A DNA stretch of 64,000 nt from an uncultured Acidobacteriota bacterium (GTDB lineage Bacteria > Acidobacteriota > Terriglobia > Acidiferrales > UBA7541). Made by a program: the position numbers and the translations under genes. The stretch is taken from assembly GCA_963781385.1 (NCBI GenBank), contig CAWAFN010000005.1:100330-164329 (forward strand). The letters are read 5' to 3'. The stretch's first letter is position 1; each line of letters begins with the position of its first letter. A model generated the notes under the pieces. The model was not told the origin of the DNA. It saw only the letters and a list, made by a program, of their open reading frames with translations, and searched no databases. This document shows, in pieces, positions 38,963-49,113 of the stretch.

Positions 38963-40324
38963 CTAGCTAGAATGTTTCCGCTTTACTTCCGTCTCCAGGC
39001 TTCCTTGTTGCAACCGGATCGAAACCGCATTCCCAATCGCCACCTGCCCCGCCGATCGCAACACATTCCCCGCCGCGTCCGTCGCAATCGCGTAGCCGCG
39101 CTCTAGCGCCTTCAACGGCCCGCGCTCCTGCAATTGTAAATTTAGCCTTTCCAGCCGTTCCCGCTTCTTCTGTAGCAACCGCTCCGCGCGAACTGCTAAT
39201 TCCGCGGCGCGTTTGTCCAGCTGTAGCCGCAGCGCGGAAATCTTCACACGAAAATCAAAACTGAATATCCTCAACTGCGCCCGGCTGAATCGCTTGCTTG
39301 AATGTTCCAGCCGCGCTTTCAATCCCAACGCTACGCGCGAGGTCAATTCATCCGCCCGTTGCCGCTGTTGCCGCAGCAAATCGAGCGGACGCCGGAACCC
39401 GCGCCGCCCCGCAAGCTCGTGCACTCTCCGGCTGCGCACCAGAATCCTGTAGCGGATCTGTTCCGTCAGCGTATTCACCACGCGTATCAGGTGTTCGTCG
39501 AACTGTTTCCGCGTCTGCACCACCAGCTCCGCGGCGGCCGATGGTGTAGAAGCTCGCAGGTCCGCCACGAAATCGGCAATCGTGAAATCCGTTTCATGTC
39601 CGACTCCGGAAATCACTGGGATTTTCGATTCGAAAATCGCTCGCGCCACGATCTCTTCGTTGAACGCCCACAAATCTTCCATCGAACCGCCGCCGCGTCC
39701 CACAATCAGCACGTCCACAATTTCTCCAACGTTGAAGAATTTGATCGCTTTGCTGATTTCCAGTGCCGACCCTTCGCCCTGCACGCGCACCGGGAACAGC
39801 GTCAAATGCACGTTCGGAAATCGCCGCCGCAGAATTCGCACCACGTCCCGCACCGCCGCGCCTGTCGGCGAGGTGATCAATCCGATTCGGCTCGGTAGCA
39901 CCGGCAGCGCCTTCTTGTGCCGCGCATCAAACAATCCTTCCGCTTGCAACTGTTTCTTCAATTGTTCGAACGCCAGTTGCAGCGCGCCGCGCCCCACCGG
40001 CTCCATCGATTCCACGTAAATCTGATATTCGCCCCGCGCCTCGTACACGCTAATCGAACCGCGCACGCTCACTTTGAGCCCGTCTTCAGGACGGAACTTC
40101 ACGCCGCGCATCTGCTGCTTGAACCACACGCAACGCACTTGCGCTTTATCGTCCTTCAACGTGCAGTAAACGTGCCCGGACTGCGCCGGGCGGCAATTCG
40201 AAATTTCGCCTTCCACGCAGATCTCCGTAAAATTTTTCGTCAACAGGTCGCGGATCCGCGCCGTCAACTCGCTCACGGTGAACGAGCGCCGCTCCGGCTG
40301 CAGATTAAAGGTCAGTTGTCCCAT
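38963..40324 (-). CDS. xseA: Exodeoxyribonuclease VII large subunit
   Basis: VEGEISN..SGHVY, RIGLITSPTGAAVRD, GRGGGSMEDLWAFNEE, GHETDFTIADFVADLRASTPSAAAE. Confidence 0.97.
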   Translation of the reverse strand: MGQLTFNLQPERRSFTVSELTARIRDLLTKNFTEICVEGEISNCRPAQSGHVYCTLKDDKAQVRCVWFKQQMRGVKFRPEDGLKVSVRGSISVYEARGEYQIYVESMEPVGRGALQLAFEQLKKQLQAEGLFDARHKKALPVLPSRIGLITSPTGAAVRDVVRILRRRFPNVHLTLFPVRVQGEGSALEISKAIKFFNVGEIVDVLIVGRGGGSMEDLWAFNEEIVARAIFESKIPVISGVGHETDFTIADFVADLRASTPSAAAELVVQTRKQFDEHLIRVVNTLTEQIRYRILVRSRRVHELAGRRGFRRPLDLLRQQRQRADELTSRVALGLKARLEHSSKRFSRAQLRIFSFDFRVKISALRLQLDKRAAELAVRAERLLQKKRERLERLNLQLQERGPLKALERGYAIATDAAGNVLRSAGQVAIGNAVSIRLQQGSLETEVKRKHSS

Positions 40325-40384
40325 TTCTCTTGGAAGCCCATTCCCGCTTTAACGGAGCAAGAATACAACAGAACCCGCCTTGAA

Positions 40385-41140
40385 CTATTCCTGCCGCTGC
40401 AAACACCGCACTGCGTACGCAAAACAAATCGCCGCAAATACTAGAAACGCTCCGCCTTCGATCAACACCGATCGCAATGCACCTGTGCCAATCGAGGTAA
40501 ACCGCAACCAGTCAATCTGCCAGGTAATCGGATTTGCCAGTGCCACCCCGCGAAACCACTTCGGCAGCGGCTCGAGCGGATAAAACATCGAACTCGCAAA
40601 CATGAACACAAAATAAAACACGCTGGTAATCGCGTTGAACACGTCGTTGCGCTTCGTGCGCAGCGCAAAAATCGCATAAAAGAAAAACCACCCCGCCGTT
40701 CCAATCGCCATTCCCAACAGTAGCAGCGGCAATGATGGCCACCGTATCCGCACGCCCAGCACCAGCCATGCTGTCAGCAATGTCAGCACGGTTTGCGCCA
40801 GCGCGATGCACACGTTAAAAATGACCTTGCCCAGCAGGTATTCGCTCCTGCTCATCGGGTACGTCAGCATCTCGTAAAAAATTCCGTTGTCCCGGTCCAG
40901 AAAAAATGACCACGATGTATTCGAAGCAATCGCGAAGCTCGCCATCGCCAGCACGCCGGCGAGAAAGAATTCGTTATAACTCACACCCGCCAGGCTTGGC
41001 GGTGTTCCCATCGCTTCGTTGATGCCCACTCCGAATACCAGCATGTACAGCAGCGGAAACAGCAAATCCCAAAAAATAAATGTGATGTTCGTCGCCCGGA
41101 TTTTTGCTTCCCGGTAAACGACAGCTCCGACGGCGCTCAC
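40385..41140 (-). CDS. ABC-2 type exporter permease
   Basis: Six TM segments, SSMFYPLEPLPKWF..LANPIT; overlaps the ATPase stop codon. Confidence 0.88.
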   Translation of the reverse strand: MSAVGAVVYREAKIRATNITFIFWDLLFPLLYMLVFGVGINEAMGTPPSLAGVSYNEFFLAGVLAMASFAIASNTSWSFFLDRDNGIFYEMLTYPMSRSEYLLGKVIFNVCIALAQTVLTLLTAWLVLGVRIRWPSLPLLLLGMAIGTAGWFFFYAIFALRTKRNDVFNAITSVFYFVFMFASSMFYPLEPLPKWFRGVALANPITWQIDWLRFTSIGTGALRSVLIEGGAFLVFAAICFAYAVRCLQRQE

Positions 41141-42120
41141 GCCTCTGCCTGCTTCCGCGTCGTCAGTTCCACAAAAATATCTTCCAGGCTAGCTCCGCGC
41201 ACTTCCAGGTGGAGCACTCTCCGTCCCCGCGATAGCGAAGTCACCAGATCCATCACCCGTCCTTCCTCTGATTTGAACGCCAGCTCCACGCTTTCGCCCT
41301 CAATCGATTTCCTGATAGGCTGCAGCGCCGCGATTTCCTCTTCAATTCGCTCCGGCAACTGGTCGAAGGTCATCGAGATCTCGAACACACCTTGCGAAAG
41401 TTGCTTCAATGTATTCAAATCCCCGCGCGCCAGTTCCCGTCCGCGATGCATGATCAGGATGTCGTCGCACAACTCTTCCGCTTCGCTCAATATCTGCGTC
41501 GTCAAAATAATCGTCCTGCCTTTTTCCGATTCTTTGCGCAGCCTGCTCATCACTTGCCGTTTCAGAATCGGGTCCATACCGGTTGAAAATTCGTCCAGAA
41601 ACAAGACTGGCGTCTCCACCATGAAGACTTTCGCCACTTGCACGCGGCGCCGGAATCCTCCGCTCAAGTCCTGCACCTTGCGGTCCGCTTCCGCCGTAAG
41701 CTGGAATTCTTCCAGCAAACTTTCCCCCAGCCGAACTGCTTTGTCTTGAGGTATCGCCTGGAATCGCGCGTAAGTCAGCAGATTATCCCGCACTGACAGC
41801 AACAGCTCCGCTGCCGTCTCCTGTATCACCGAAGAAATTCGCCGTCGCACCTCGAGCGGCTTCTTCGCAACGTCGAAGCTCATTACTCGCGCCGTCCCCG
41901 AAGTCGGCTGCGAAAGCGTCGTCAAAATTCTCAGCAATGTGGACTTGCCTGCTCCGTTCGGCCCCAGCAATCCGAAAATCATTCCGCGCGGCACCGCGAA
42001 CGACAGCCCGTCCAGCGCGCGCACCGGCTCTTTTCCGCGCCCGGTGTACACTTTCACCAAATTCTCCACTTGCAACGCGTTTTCCGTGACTTGCTCGATT
42101 TTGCTCGGCACGATTTCCAT
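41137..42120 (-). CDS. ABC exporter ATP-binding protein
   Basis: Walker A GPNGAGKS, signature LSGG, Walker B LFLDE. Confidence 0.93.
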   Translation of the reverse strand: MEIVPSKIEQVTENALQVENLVKVYTGRGKEPVRALDGLSFAVPRGMIFGLLGPNGAGKSTLLRILTTLSQPTSGTARVMSFDVAKKPLEVRRRISSVIQETAAELLLSVRDNLLTYARFQAIPQDKAVRLGESLLEEFQLTAEADRKVQDLSGGFRRRVQVAKVFMVETPVLFLDEFSTGMDPILKRQVMSRLRKESEKGRTIILTTQILSEAEELCDDILIMHRGRELARGDLNTLKQLSQGVFEISMTFDQLPERIEEEIAALQPIRKSIEGESVELAFKSEEGRVMDLVTSLSRGRRVLHLEVRGASLEDIFVELTTRKQAEA

Positions 42121-42213
42121 TTCCGTGGCAATCTCAGAGTATTGTTGCAGTCGTGTTCCAATAAATTGTCTTTAAAAATCGCAGCTACTCTTCCAATCGG
42201 CGGGCCATAGCGA

Positions 42214-43815
42214 ATGATACACGCATCGTTCACTCGAAAAATAATCTTGAGTCTCGCAATGAGCCCGCTATGCTCCGGCTTGGCGCTCGCGCAATCCTCG
42301 ATCGGCGGCAACGTGGTCACAAAACGTCAATTGCCTCCCGCGCGGCGCGTCGCCGAAGAAGTGCGCGCTTATCGCCTCGCCAACGAAGACCGCATCATCC
42401 GCGAACTGCGCGAATTTCTCTCCATTCCCAACGTCGCCAGCGACACGCCCAATATCGAAAAAAATGCCGCGCACCTCAAGGAAATGCTGGAAGCCCGCGG
42501 CATCGAAACGCATCTGCTTACGATTGAAGGGCGCGGTCCGGTCGTTTTCGGCAAACTCGACGCCGAAAACGCTACGCATACCGTTATTTTCTATGCGCAC
42601 TATGACGGTCAACCCGTCGATCCTTCCGCATGGACCGACAAATCCCCTTTCGAGCCCGTGCTCCGCGACAATTCGATTGAAGCCGGCGGCAAACGCATTC
42701 CCTACCCCGACGCCCTCCGCAACGCCAATTCCTATCAGGACCATTGGCGCATCTACGCTCGTTCCGCTTCCGACGATAAGTCTCCCATCGTTGCTATCCT
42801 CGCCGCGCTTGACGCGCTGCGCGACAAAAATATTCCCGTCGCCGTAAATCTGAAATTCATCTTAGAAGGCGAAGAAGAAGCCGGCTCCGCCAATCTTCAG
42901 AAAACTTTGCAGCTCCATAAGAACCTATTGCAGGCCGACGTCCTCATTACCGGCGACGGCCCCACGCACCAGTCCGGCCGTCCCCTTCTTTTCTTTGGCA
43001 ATCGTGGCGACATCGGCCTCGACATCACCGTGTACGGCCCCTCTCGCTCACTGCACAGCGGTCACTACGGCAATTGGGCTCCCAACCCCGCCATGACCCT
43101 GGTTCGTCTTCTCGCTTCGATGAAAGATGAAAAAGGGCGCGTGCTGATTCCCGGATATTACGATGACGTGGATCCCCTCGGCCCCATCGAAAAGGGCGCG
43201 CTTAGCGCCATGCCCGTCAACGATCCAGACCTGCAACGCGAACTAGGTATCGCCGTTCCTGATGGCGGCGGAAAAAAATTGATGGAGCTATTGCAGGAAC
43301 CCTCGCTCAACATTCGCGGCATCCGCAGCGGCAGCGTCGGAGAACAAGCCACCAACATCGTCCCGGATAGAGCTGAAGCTTCCCTCGAAGCGCGTCTCGT
43401 CAAAGGCCAAGACCCGCACAAGAAGTTCGAACAGATCGTCGGCTTCATCCGCAAGCAGGGTTTCTTGGTCCTGGACCATGAGCCGACTCTCGAAGACCGC
43501 CGCGCTCACCCCCTCGTGGCCAAAGTCATCGACCAGGGCGGCTACCGGGCTTCTCGTACCCGTATGGATCTGCCGGTCTCGAAAGCCTTCGTCCGCGTAA
43601 TGCAAGAAGCGACCAACAATCGTACCGTCGTCGCTCCCACTCTCGGCGGCAGCGTTCCTATGTACATCTTCGAAGACCTCGGCCTGCCCTGGATCGGAGT
43701 GCCCATCGTCAACTATGACAATCACCAGCACTCCGCGGACGAAAATCTCCGCCTGGGCACGTTCTGGGAAGGCGTCGAAACCTACGCCACCCTCCTGGCC
43801 GACCTTGATTGGTAA
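42214..43815 (+). CDS. Exported M20/M25/M40-family metallopeptidase
   Basis: YAHYDGQP, ARSASDDK, EGEEEAGS, HSGHYG, NHQHSADENL. Confidence 0.92.
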   Translation: MIHASFTRKIILSLAMSPLCSGLALAQSSIGGNVVTKRQLPPARRVAEEVRAYRLANEDRIIRELREFLSIPNVASDTPNIEKNAAHLKEMLEARGIETHLLTIEGRGPVVFGKLDAENATHTVIFYAHYDGQPVDPSAWTDKSPFEPVLRDNSIEAGGKRIPYPDALRNANSYQDHWRIYARSASDDKSPIVAILAALDALRDKNIPVAVNLKFILEGEEEAGSANLQKTLQLHKNLLQADVLITGDGPTHQSGRPLLFFGNRGDIGLDITVYGPSRSLHSGHYGNWAPNPAMTLVRLLASMKDEKGRVLIPGYYDDVDPLGPIEKGALSAMPVNDPDLQRELGIAVPDGGGKKLMELLQEPSLNIRGIRSGSVGEQATNIVPDRAEASLEARLVKGQDPHKKFEQIVGFIRKQGFLVLDHEPTLEDRRAHPLVAKVIDQGGYRASRTRMDLPVSKAFVRVMQEATNNRTVVAPTLGGSVPMYIFEDLGLPWIGVPIVNYDNHQHSADENLRLGTFWEGVETYATLLADLDW

Positions 43816-43858
43816 GCATCATCCCCGCACTTTATTAATAAATCTATTTAGTTAGTTA

Positions 43859-43887
43859 TTTACTTAGTACTGTTACCATGCTAATAT
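43859..43887 (+). promoter_or_regulatory. Sigma-70 promoter with extended -10 and AT-rich upstream tract
   Basis: TTTACT-N17-TAATAT, with TG one base before the -10; AT-rich 43830-43858. Confidence 0.6.
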
Positions 43888-43892
43888 GCTTC

Positions 43893-44039
43893 ATGAATTT
43901 GCTTTCGCCCCACTCTCCTAAGAGGGCCAGCCTCGACAATATCGACTGGTCGCTCCTCAAACGCCGTCGCTTCCAAGGGCTTACAACCACTTCAGCTAGA
44001 GTTATCGAGATCCCAGACTTACAAGAACCCGCTTCTTAA
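43893..44039 (+). CDS. Putative leaderless small protein (48 aa), or an sRNA
   Basis: ATG lies 6 nt after the -10 box; MNLLSPHSPKRASLDNIDWSLLKRRRFQGLTTTSARVIEIPDLQEPAS*. Confidence 0.4.
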   Translation: MNLLSPHSPKRASLDNIDWSLLKRRRFQGLTTTSARVIEIPDLQEPAS

Positions 44040-44134
44040 CCCTTTTTGAACGAGTACTTACGCAATTTACAGGGAGCCGGTGCGGCATCGTAAAGTCCAA
44101 AAATAGGACAAGAAGAGCAATCAGAAAGAACTGG

Positions 44135-44698
44135 TTACAACGACAGGAAATTTTGCAGCAATTGCTTGCCGCCTTCGGTGAGCACCGACTCCGGATGGAA
44201 CTGCACACCTTCCAGCTTGTACCGCCGGTGCCGCATTCCCATGATCGTGCCTTCCGCCGTCTCCGCCGTAACCGTCAATTCCCTCGGCAGCGACTTTCTC
44301 TCCACAATCAGCGAATGGTACCGGGTGGCGGTAAACGGCATGGTCAGCTTTCTGAAAATGCCTTTTCCGTCGTGCTGAATTTCGCTGGTTTTGCCGTGAA
44401 ACAGTTTCGGTGCGCGCACGATCTTGCCGCCGAACGCCGCTCCGATCGCCTGGTGCCCCAGGCACACGCCGAGGATCGGAAATTTACCGGCCAGCCGCTC
44501 GATCAGCTCGACTGAAATCCCGGCTTCCCGCGGGGTGCACGGACCGGGCGAAATCACGATCCGCTCGGGATTGCGCCGCACAATTTCCTCGACGGAAATT
44601 TTGTCGTTGCGATGCACCTCCACGTTGCAGCCCAGTTCGCCCAAATACTGCGCGAGGTTGTAAGTAAACGAATCGTAGTTGTCGAGCAGGAGAATCAT
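44135..44698 (-). CDS. trpG: Anthranilate synthase component II (glutamine amidotransferase)
   Basis: [37 protein letters not shown]. Confidence 0.93.
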   Translation of the reverse strand: MILLLDNYDSFTYNLAQYLGELGCNVEVHRNDKISVEEIVRRNPERIVISPGPCTPREAGISVELIERLAGKFPILGVCLGHQAIGAAFGGKIVRAPKLFHGKTSEIQHDGKGIFRKLTMPFTATRYHSLIVERKSLPRELTVTAETAEGTIMGMRHRRYKLEGVQFHPESVLTEGGKQLLQNFLSL

Positions 44699-44740
44699 TG
44701 CTAATCGCCGCCGAGGTCTATTGTAGAGCAATTCGCGTGA

Positions 44741-45652
44741 CTAGCGAGAATTCCGCGACTCCGCATACGCGGCTGTGTAGTCGGCATTGTCGGGATCAAG
44801 GTCATGAGCGCGCTTATAGGCGTCGCGCGACGCTGTAGTGTTGCCAACACGCGCGTACGCGATGCCGAGATCAAACCATACCTCCGGCAAGCGCGGTTGC
44901 ATCTTCGCTGCGTCCTGCAGCCAGCGAATCGCATTTTTGTTCTGTTGCTGAAGCAATGCGTCGTAGCCCCACTTGGCTTCGTCGTATCCGACATATTTAG
45001 AAAGCGATACATAGGGTCTACCCGCGGTACAGCCCCAGAGACCAAATGTCGCAAGGACGCCCAGTCCTGCTCCTGCAATCCAGCGCCGATTTGGACAACC
45101 GATCGCGAAGCCAGTCAGGGCCCCGAAAACGGCCCCGGAAGCGTGCGCGATGTTCCCAACTTCGTATACGTGAGCGAGCGTGGCAGCAACACACAGGAAA
45201 AACCACGCAACAAAAAGCCCAATAGTTCGCGAGGGCATAGCTCCGCGGAATCGATCATCGAAGCGCGACAACACCCATAGAAATCCGAAGAGTCCGTAGC
45301 CAATTCCGGACAAGCCTACCCCGCCTCGGTCGAATGCAAATTCAAAAGAGCTGGATCCAAACGCGAAGAACGTGAGCAGCAGCAAAGTCTTGGCATGACC
45401 GAATGTTTGCTCCACCAATGTGCCGAATAGCCACAACCAGTAGACGTTGAAGACGAGGTGAAGAATATCGATGTGGAGAAAAACTGAAGTGAACAGCCGC
45501 CACAATTCGCCGCGCCGGATTTCGGCGCTGGGCAACAGCGCTGAAACATCAGTCTTCATCCACCATGCTGTGGTCGCCGCTAGTGCCAAGAGCGAAATTC
45601 CTGCGATCACCGGATATTTTGGAAACTCGCTCCACTTCGGAACCGTCGGCAT
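44741..45652 (-). CDS. Rhomboid intramembrane serine protease with C-terminal TPR domain
   Basis: WRLFTSVFLH..HLVFN, GLSG (Ser), AHASG (His); TPR-like tail PEVWFDLGIAYARVG; AGGAG RBS before ATG 45652. Confidence 0.88.
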   Translation of the reverse strand: MPTVPKWSEFPKYPVIAGISLLALAATTAWWMKTDVSALLPSAEIRRGELWRLFTSVFLHIDILHLVFNVYWLWLFGTLVEQTFGHAKTLLLLTFFAFGSSSFEFAFDRGGVGLSGIGYGLFGFLWVLSRFDDRFRGAMPSRTIGLFVAWFFLCVAATLAHVYEVGNIAHASGAVFGALTGFAIGCPNRRWIAGAGLGVLATFGLWGCTAGRPYVSLSKYVGYDEAKWGYDALLQQQNKNAIRWLQDAAKMQPRLPEVWFDLGIAYARVGNTTASRDAYKRAHDLDPDNADYTAAYAESRNSR

Positions 45653-45816
45653 GCCAACTCCTGAACGAATTGACATGTTAACAATGAGGCGATTCGCCGT
45701 TTCTGCTACTGGAATGCAATCGCGCGCAAAAGTTACTGTGCGAATGGACAGTCGGAAGAAATCTGCGGAAACGAAGAACAAATCTTAATTCATAGAGTTT
45801 GCTGCAAGATTGCGGC

Positions 45817-47304
45817 CTAGATTTTGGCGTGTGCGGCCTCGAGTGCCCGCAGCAAGGCCTTCGACTTGTTCACGGATTCTTCGTACTCGCCGAGCGGTGT
45901 CGAGTCCGCCACAATGCCGCCTCCGGCTTGTATGTGCGCTACACCGTTTTTGATGACCATGGTCCGCAGCGCGATGCAGGAATCCAGATTGCCCGCAAAA
46001 TCCAGATACAGAATTCCGCCGGCGTAAATTCCGCGGCGCGTTTTTTCCAGTTCTTCGATAATTTCCATGGCGCGCACTTTTGGCGCGCCGGAAACCGTTC
46101 CGGCCGGGAAACACGCCATCAACGCATCGAAACAATCCACGTCCGGGCGCAGCGTTCCTCGCAAACTCGAAACCAGATGCATCACATGGGAGTAGCGCTC
46201 CACGGTCATCAGTTTTTCCACGCGCACCGTTCCGTAGTCGCATACCCGGCCAAGATCGTTCCGGCCCAGGTCCACCAGCATGATGTGCTCGGCGCGCTCT
46301 TTTTCGTCGGCCAGCATTTCGCGTTCTAGCCGTAAATCTTCCGCTTCGTTCTTTCCGCGCCACCGGGTCCCCGCGATCGGCCGGTAAAATACATCGCGAC
46401 CCTGCACCTTCACCAGCATTTCCGGCGAACTGCCCACCACGGCAACGTCGTTCAACTGCAAAAAGAAAAGATAGGGAGAAGGATTCAACGCGCGCAATTC
46501 GCGATAAATCTGAAATGGTTCGGCTTTTGTTTTCGCGGAAAATCTTTGGCTGACCACCACCTGAAAAATATCGCCAGCACGAATGTATTCTTTGGCTTTG
46601 CGGATTGCCGCGAGATACGTAGGCTTCTGAAAATTCGACGTGACGTGCGGAACCGTCGATTTTTTCGTTCTCTTTTTTGCGGCGGGTTGCTCCGCTGTGA
46701 CCGGTTGATCCAGTTGCTTCCGCGTTTTCTGAATTTCTTTTACCGCAGCGTCGTATTTCTGCCGCAGGGTGCCTTTTTCTTCGGTGAAGACATTGCGCAC
46801 GATCCACAACCGGTGTTGCACGTGATCGAACGCGATCAGTCCGTGGTAAAACATCAGCACGGCATCGAACAATCCAATTTCGTCGCGCAATTGCTTCGGC
46901 AATTTTTCGATCAGCCGGACCATATCGTAGCTGAAATAGCCGATGGCGCCGGCTATCAGCGGCGGCAGGCCGGGCAGGCGTACCGGGCGGAAGCGTTCGA
47001 TGCGCGCGCGCAAAAACGAAACCGGATCGTTCTCTTCCCAAATCACGCGATCGCGCGTTTCCAGCACGCAGGCGCCGTTCGCGTATCGAAAAACTTCTTC
47101 GGGATGCGCGCCCGCAAAGGTGTAACGCGCGATTTTTTCGCCGCCTTCCACCGATTCCAGCAGAAAGGAATACCGAGCGCCCTGCGCGATTCGCAAGTAG
47201 GCGCTTACGGGCGTGAGCAAGTCGGCGGAAAAGACATCGTAAACAGGGACGAGATTTCCCTGTTTGGCGAGACGCGTGAATTCGGCAAAGCTTGGCTGAA
47301 TCAT
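45817..47304 (-). CDS. trpE: Anthranilate synthase component I
   Basis: SFLLESVEGG, AGDIFQVVVSQR, PIAGT, EHIMLVDLGRND, PAGTVSGAPK. Confidence 0.95.
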   Translation of the reverse strand: MIQPSFAEFTRLAKQGNLVPVYDVFSADLLTPVSAYLRIAQGARYSFLLESVEGGEKIARYTFAGAHPEEVFRYANGACVLETRDRVIWEENDPVSFLRARIERFRPVRLPGLPPLIAGAIGYFSYDMVRLIEKLPKQLRDEIGLFDAVLMFYHGLIAFDHVQHRLWIVRNVFTEEKGTLRQKYDAAVKEIQKTRKQLDQPVTAEQPAAKKRTKKSTVPHVTSNFQKPTYLAAIRKAKEYIRAGDIFQVVVSQRFSAKTKAEPFQIYRELRALNPSPYLFFLQLNDVAVVGSSPEMLVKVQGRDVFYRPIAGTRWRGKNEAEDLRLEREMLADEKERAEHIMLVDLGRNDLGRVCDYGTVRVEKLMTVERYSHVMHLVSSLRGTLRPDVDCFDALMACFPAGTVSGAPKVRAMEIIEELEKTRRGIYAGGILYLDFAGNLDSCIALRTMVIKNGVAHIQAGGGIVADSTPLGEYEESVNKSKALLRALEAAHAKI

Positions 47305-47433
47305 CAGTACGGTAGTACGTTTTCGATTCTAAGTTGTCTGTCAATGCGGGACGCGGCTTTGAACGCCCGATCGAGTCCAGCAATTATCCATGAAAATTGC
47401 AAAGCGTGCTCGCCCGGGTGCGAACGCAAACCC

Positions 47434-48963
47434 TCATGGCTCGCCAGAGGAATCTCCAGCGCGGAGTTTAGCCATCACTGCGCTTCGCATCGCGGCCTCT
47501 GGCACGGGTTTCCCTGTCCACAGCTCAAATTGCGCGAAGCCCTGCGCCAAAAACATTTCCGCGCCGCCAACCGTCTTGATTCCCTTTTGTGCGGCCATGC
47601 GAAGCAGTTTCGTTTTCAGCGGCCGGTAAATCAGATCCATCACCACGCCGCAATTCAGTTCTTCCTTTGCCAGCGGAGAAACTTCAGCATTCGGATACAT
47701 ACCAAGCGGAGTTGCGTTCACAATCAATTCAAGCTGCGCGTATTTCAGATGCCTCCGGGCAATCGCCTGACCTCCGCAAGCGCGCGCCAGTTCGCGGGCC
47801 GCCGATTCGCGCCTCGCGCAAATCAATACCTCCGCTCCCGCATGCGCCAAGGCGAAGGCCGCCGCCCGCGCCGATCCTCCGGCTCCAAAAATCAGCGCGC
47901 GCGCATCGCGCAACTTCAATTTTCCTTCGAGCGCGCGCAACACGCCCCGGTAATCCGTATTCGAGCCGTGCAGTTTTCCATTTCTACCAACCACAACGGT
48001 GTTCACTGCACCTATTCTTTCCGCCATCGGCTCGCACTCGGCGAGATATTTCATAATCGACTGCTTGTGCGGAATCGTAATGCTGAAGCCGCGCAGCGCG
48101 AAACTCGCAATGGCATCGAGAAAATCTTCGATCCGCTCCACTAGGAACGGCAAATACACCGCGTCGCGGTTTGCGGCCACAAATCCGGTGTTGTGGAGCA
48201 ACGGCGAAAGCGAATGCCCGATCGGACTTCCGATCACTCCGTAAACTTCGCTCTTTTTTGTGAGCGAATCAGCGCGGTAAAGATATTTGAAGTCGTGCAG
48301 GCTGACCTGGCCAGGCGCCGTCGCCGCACCCACCGGAGCGTAGGCAAGCGCGCTGCCTTCACGCAGCGCCAGCAGCCGCGCCGGAAGTCCGACCTCACCC
48401 ATGGGCACGATCACCAGGTCTCGCGAAGTTTTCGCAATTTCAAGCAGGCGGACACTATCCGAAATGGTGCGGGCGCGAACCGCGATTTTCACGGCGTCCG
48501 CTTCGCCCTGGCGCGCGTGAATCAGACGCTTTGGCAAGGGCGGCGTCCGCTCAAAATCATGAATCGAGAGCAATATTTTTGCCGGGACGGGCAGCGAGCG
48601 AGCGGTCTGACCGGGAAGCTCGCGCAGGGTCTCGATTTCCAAATCGCACCACGCGCAACCCGCCTCTCGCGCCTGGCTTAGCCAGTACAATTCGGCTTGC
48701 GCGCCGCCGGCAAGCTTTCCTCCGCCGAGAATGCGTCGGCAAGTGGCAATCAAAGTCGTCCGTTTCGTCGATTTCCGCTTCAGCGAGGCAAGCAGTTTGG
48801 TCCGTTCGCGGTCAGACCGGAGCCAGTCCAGTCGAAGCTCGATGGTGGTGGTGAAACGGGACGCGGCCCGAAGCTGCGAAAGGGCTTCCCGGGCGGTGCT
48901 AGTAGCAACTACGGCACACGCCCGATTGGGGAAGGTTCGCGCGGGCTGGCGAGGGCTTGGCAT
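47434..48963 (-). CDS. aroE: Fused type I 3-dehydroquinate dehydratase / shikimate dehydrogenase (AroD-AroE)
   Basis: N-terminal IELRLD, SIHDFERTP, KIAV, APGQ; C-terminal HSLSPLLHN, TIPHK, GAVNT, NTDY, GAGGSARA. Confidence 0.92.
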   Translation of the reverse strand: MPSPRQPARTFPNRACAVVATSTAREALSQLRAASRFTTTIELRLDWLRSDRERTKLLASLKRKSTKRTTLIATCRRILGGGKLAGGAQAELYWLSQAREAGCAWCDLEIETLRELPGQTARSLPVPAKILLSIHDFERTPPLPKRLIHARQGEADAVKIAVRARTISDSVRLLEIAKTSRDLVIVPMGEVGLPARLLALREGSALAYAPVGAATAPGQVSLHDFKYLYRADSLTKKSEVYGVIGSPIGHSLSPLLHNTGFVAANRDAVYLPFLVERIEDFLDAIASFALRGFSITIPHKQSIMKYLAECEPMAERIGAVNTVVVGRNGKLHGSNTDYRGVLRALEGKLKLRDARALIFGAGGSARAAAFALAHAGAEVLICARRESAARELARACGGQAIARRHLKYAQLELIVNATPLGMYPNAEVSPLAKEELNCGVVMDLIYRPLKTKLLRMAAQKGIKTVGGAEMFLAQGFAQFELWTGKPVPEAAMRSAVMAKLRAGDSSGEP

Positions 48964-49113
48964 GATGTTGAAAACAAAAGATGTAGCATGCCGTATCAAA
49001 AGTGTAAAGCTGTCCATGCCAATTTCTTGACGAGTACTGGAACGCGTTGTAATTTCGCTTTGGATAGTCCCCGCACGGCCCTCTTCGGGCGTGCACTTGA
49101 AGGAGTCTTACCG

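Noticed and set aside
47341-47391. 16-codon uORF MDNCWTRSGVQSRVPH upstream of trpE, as a possible trpL attenuator
   Set aside because: Only one Trp codon, no Shine-Dalgarno, and no terminator/antiterminator hairpins with a U-tract before trpE.
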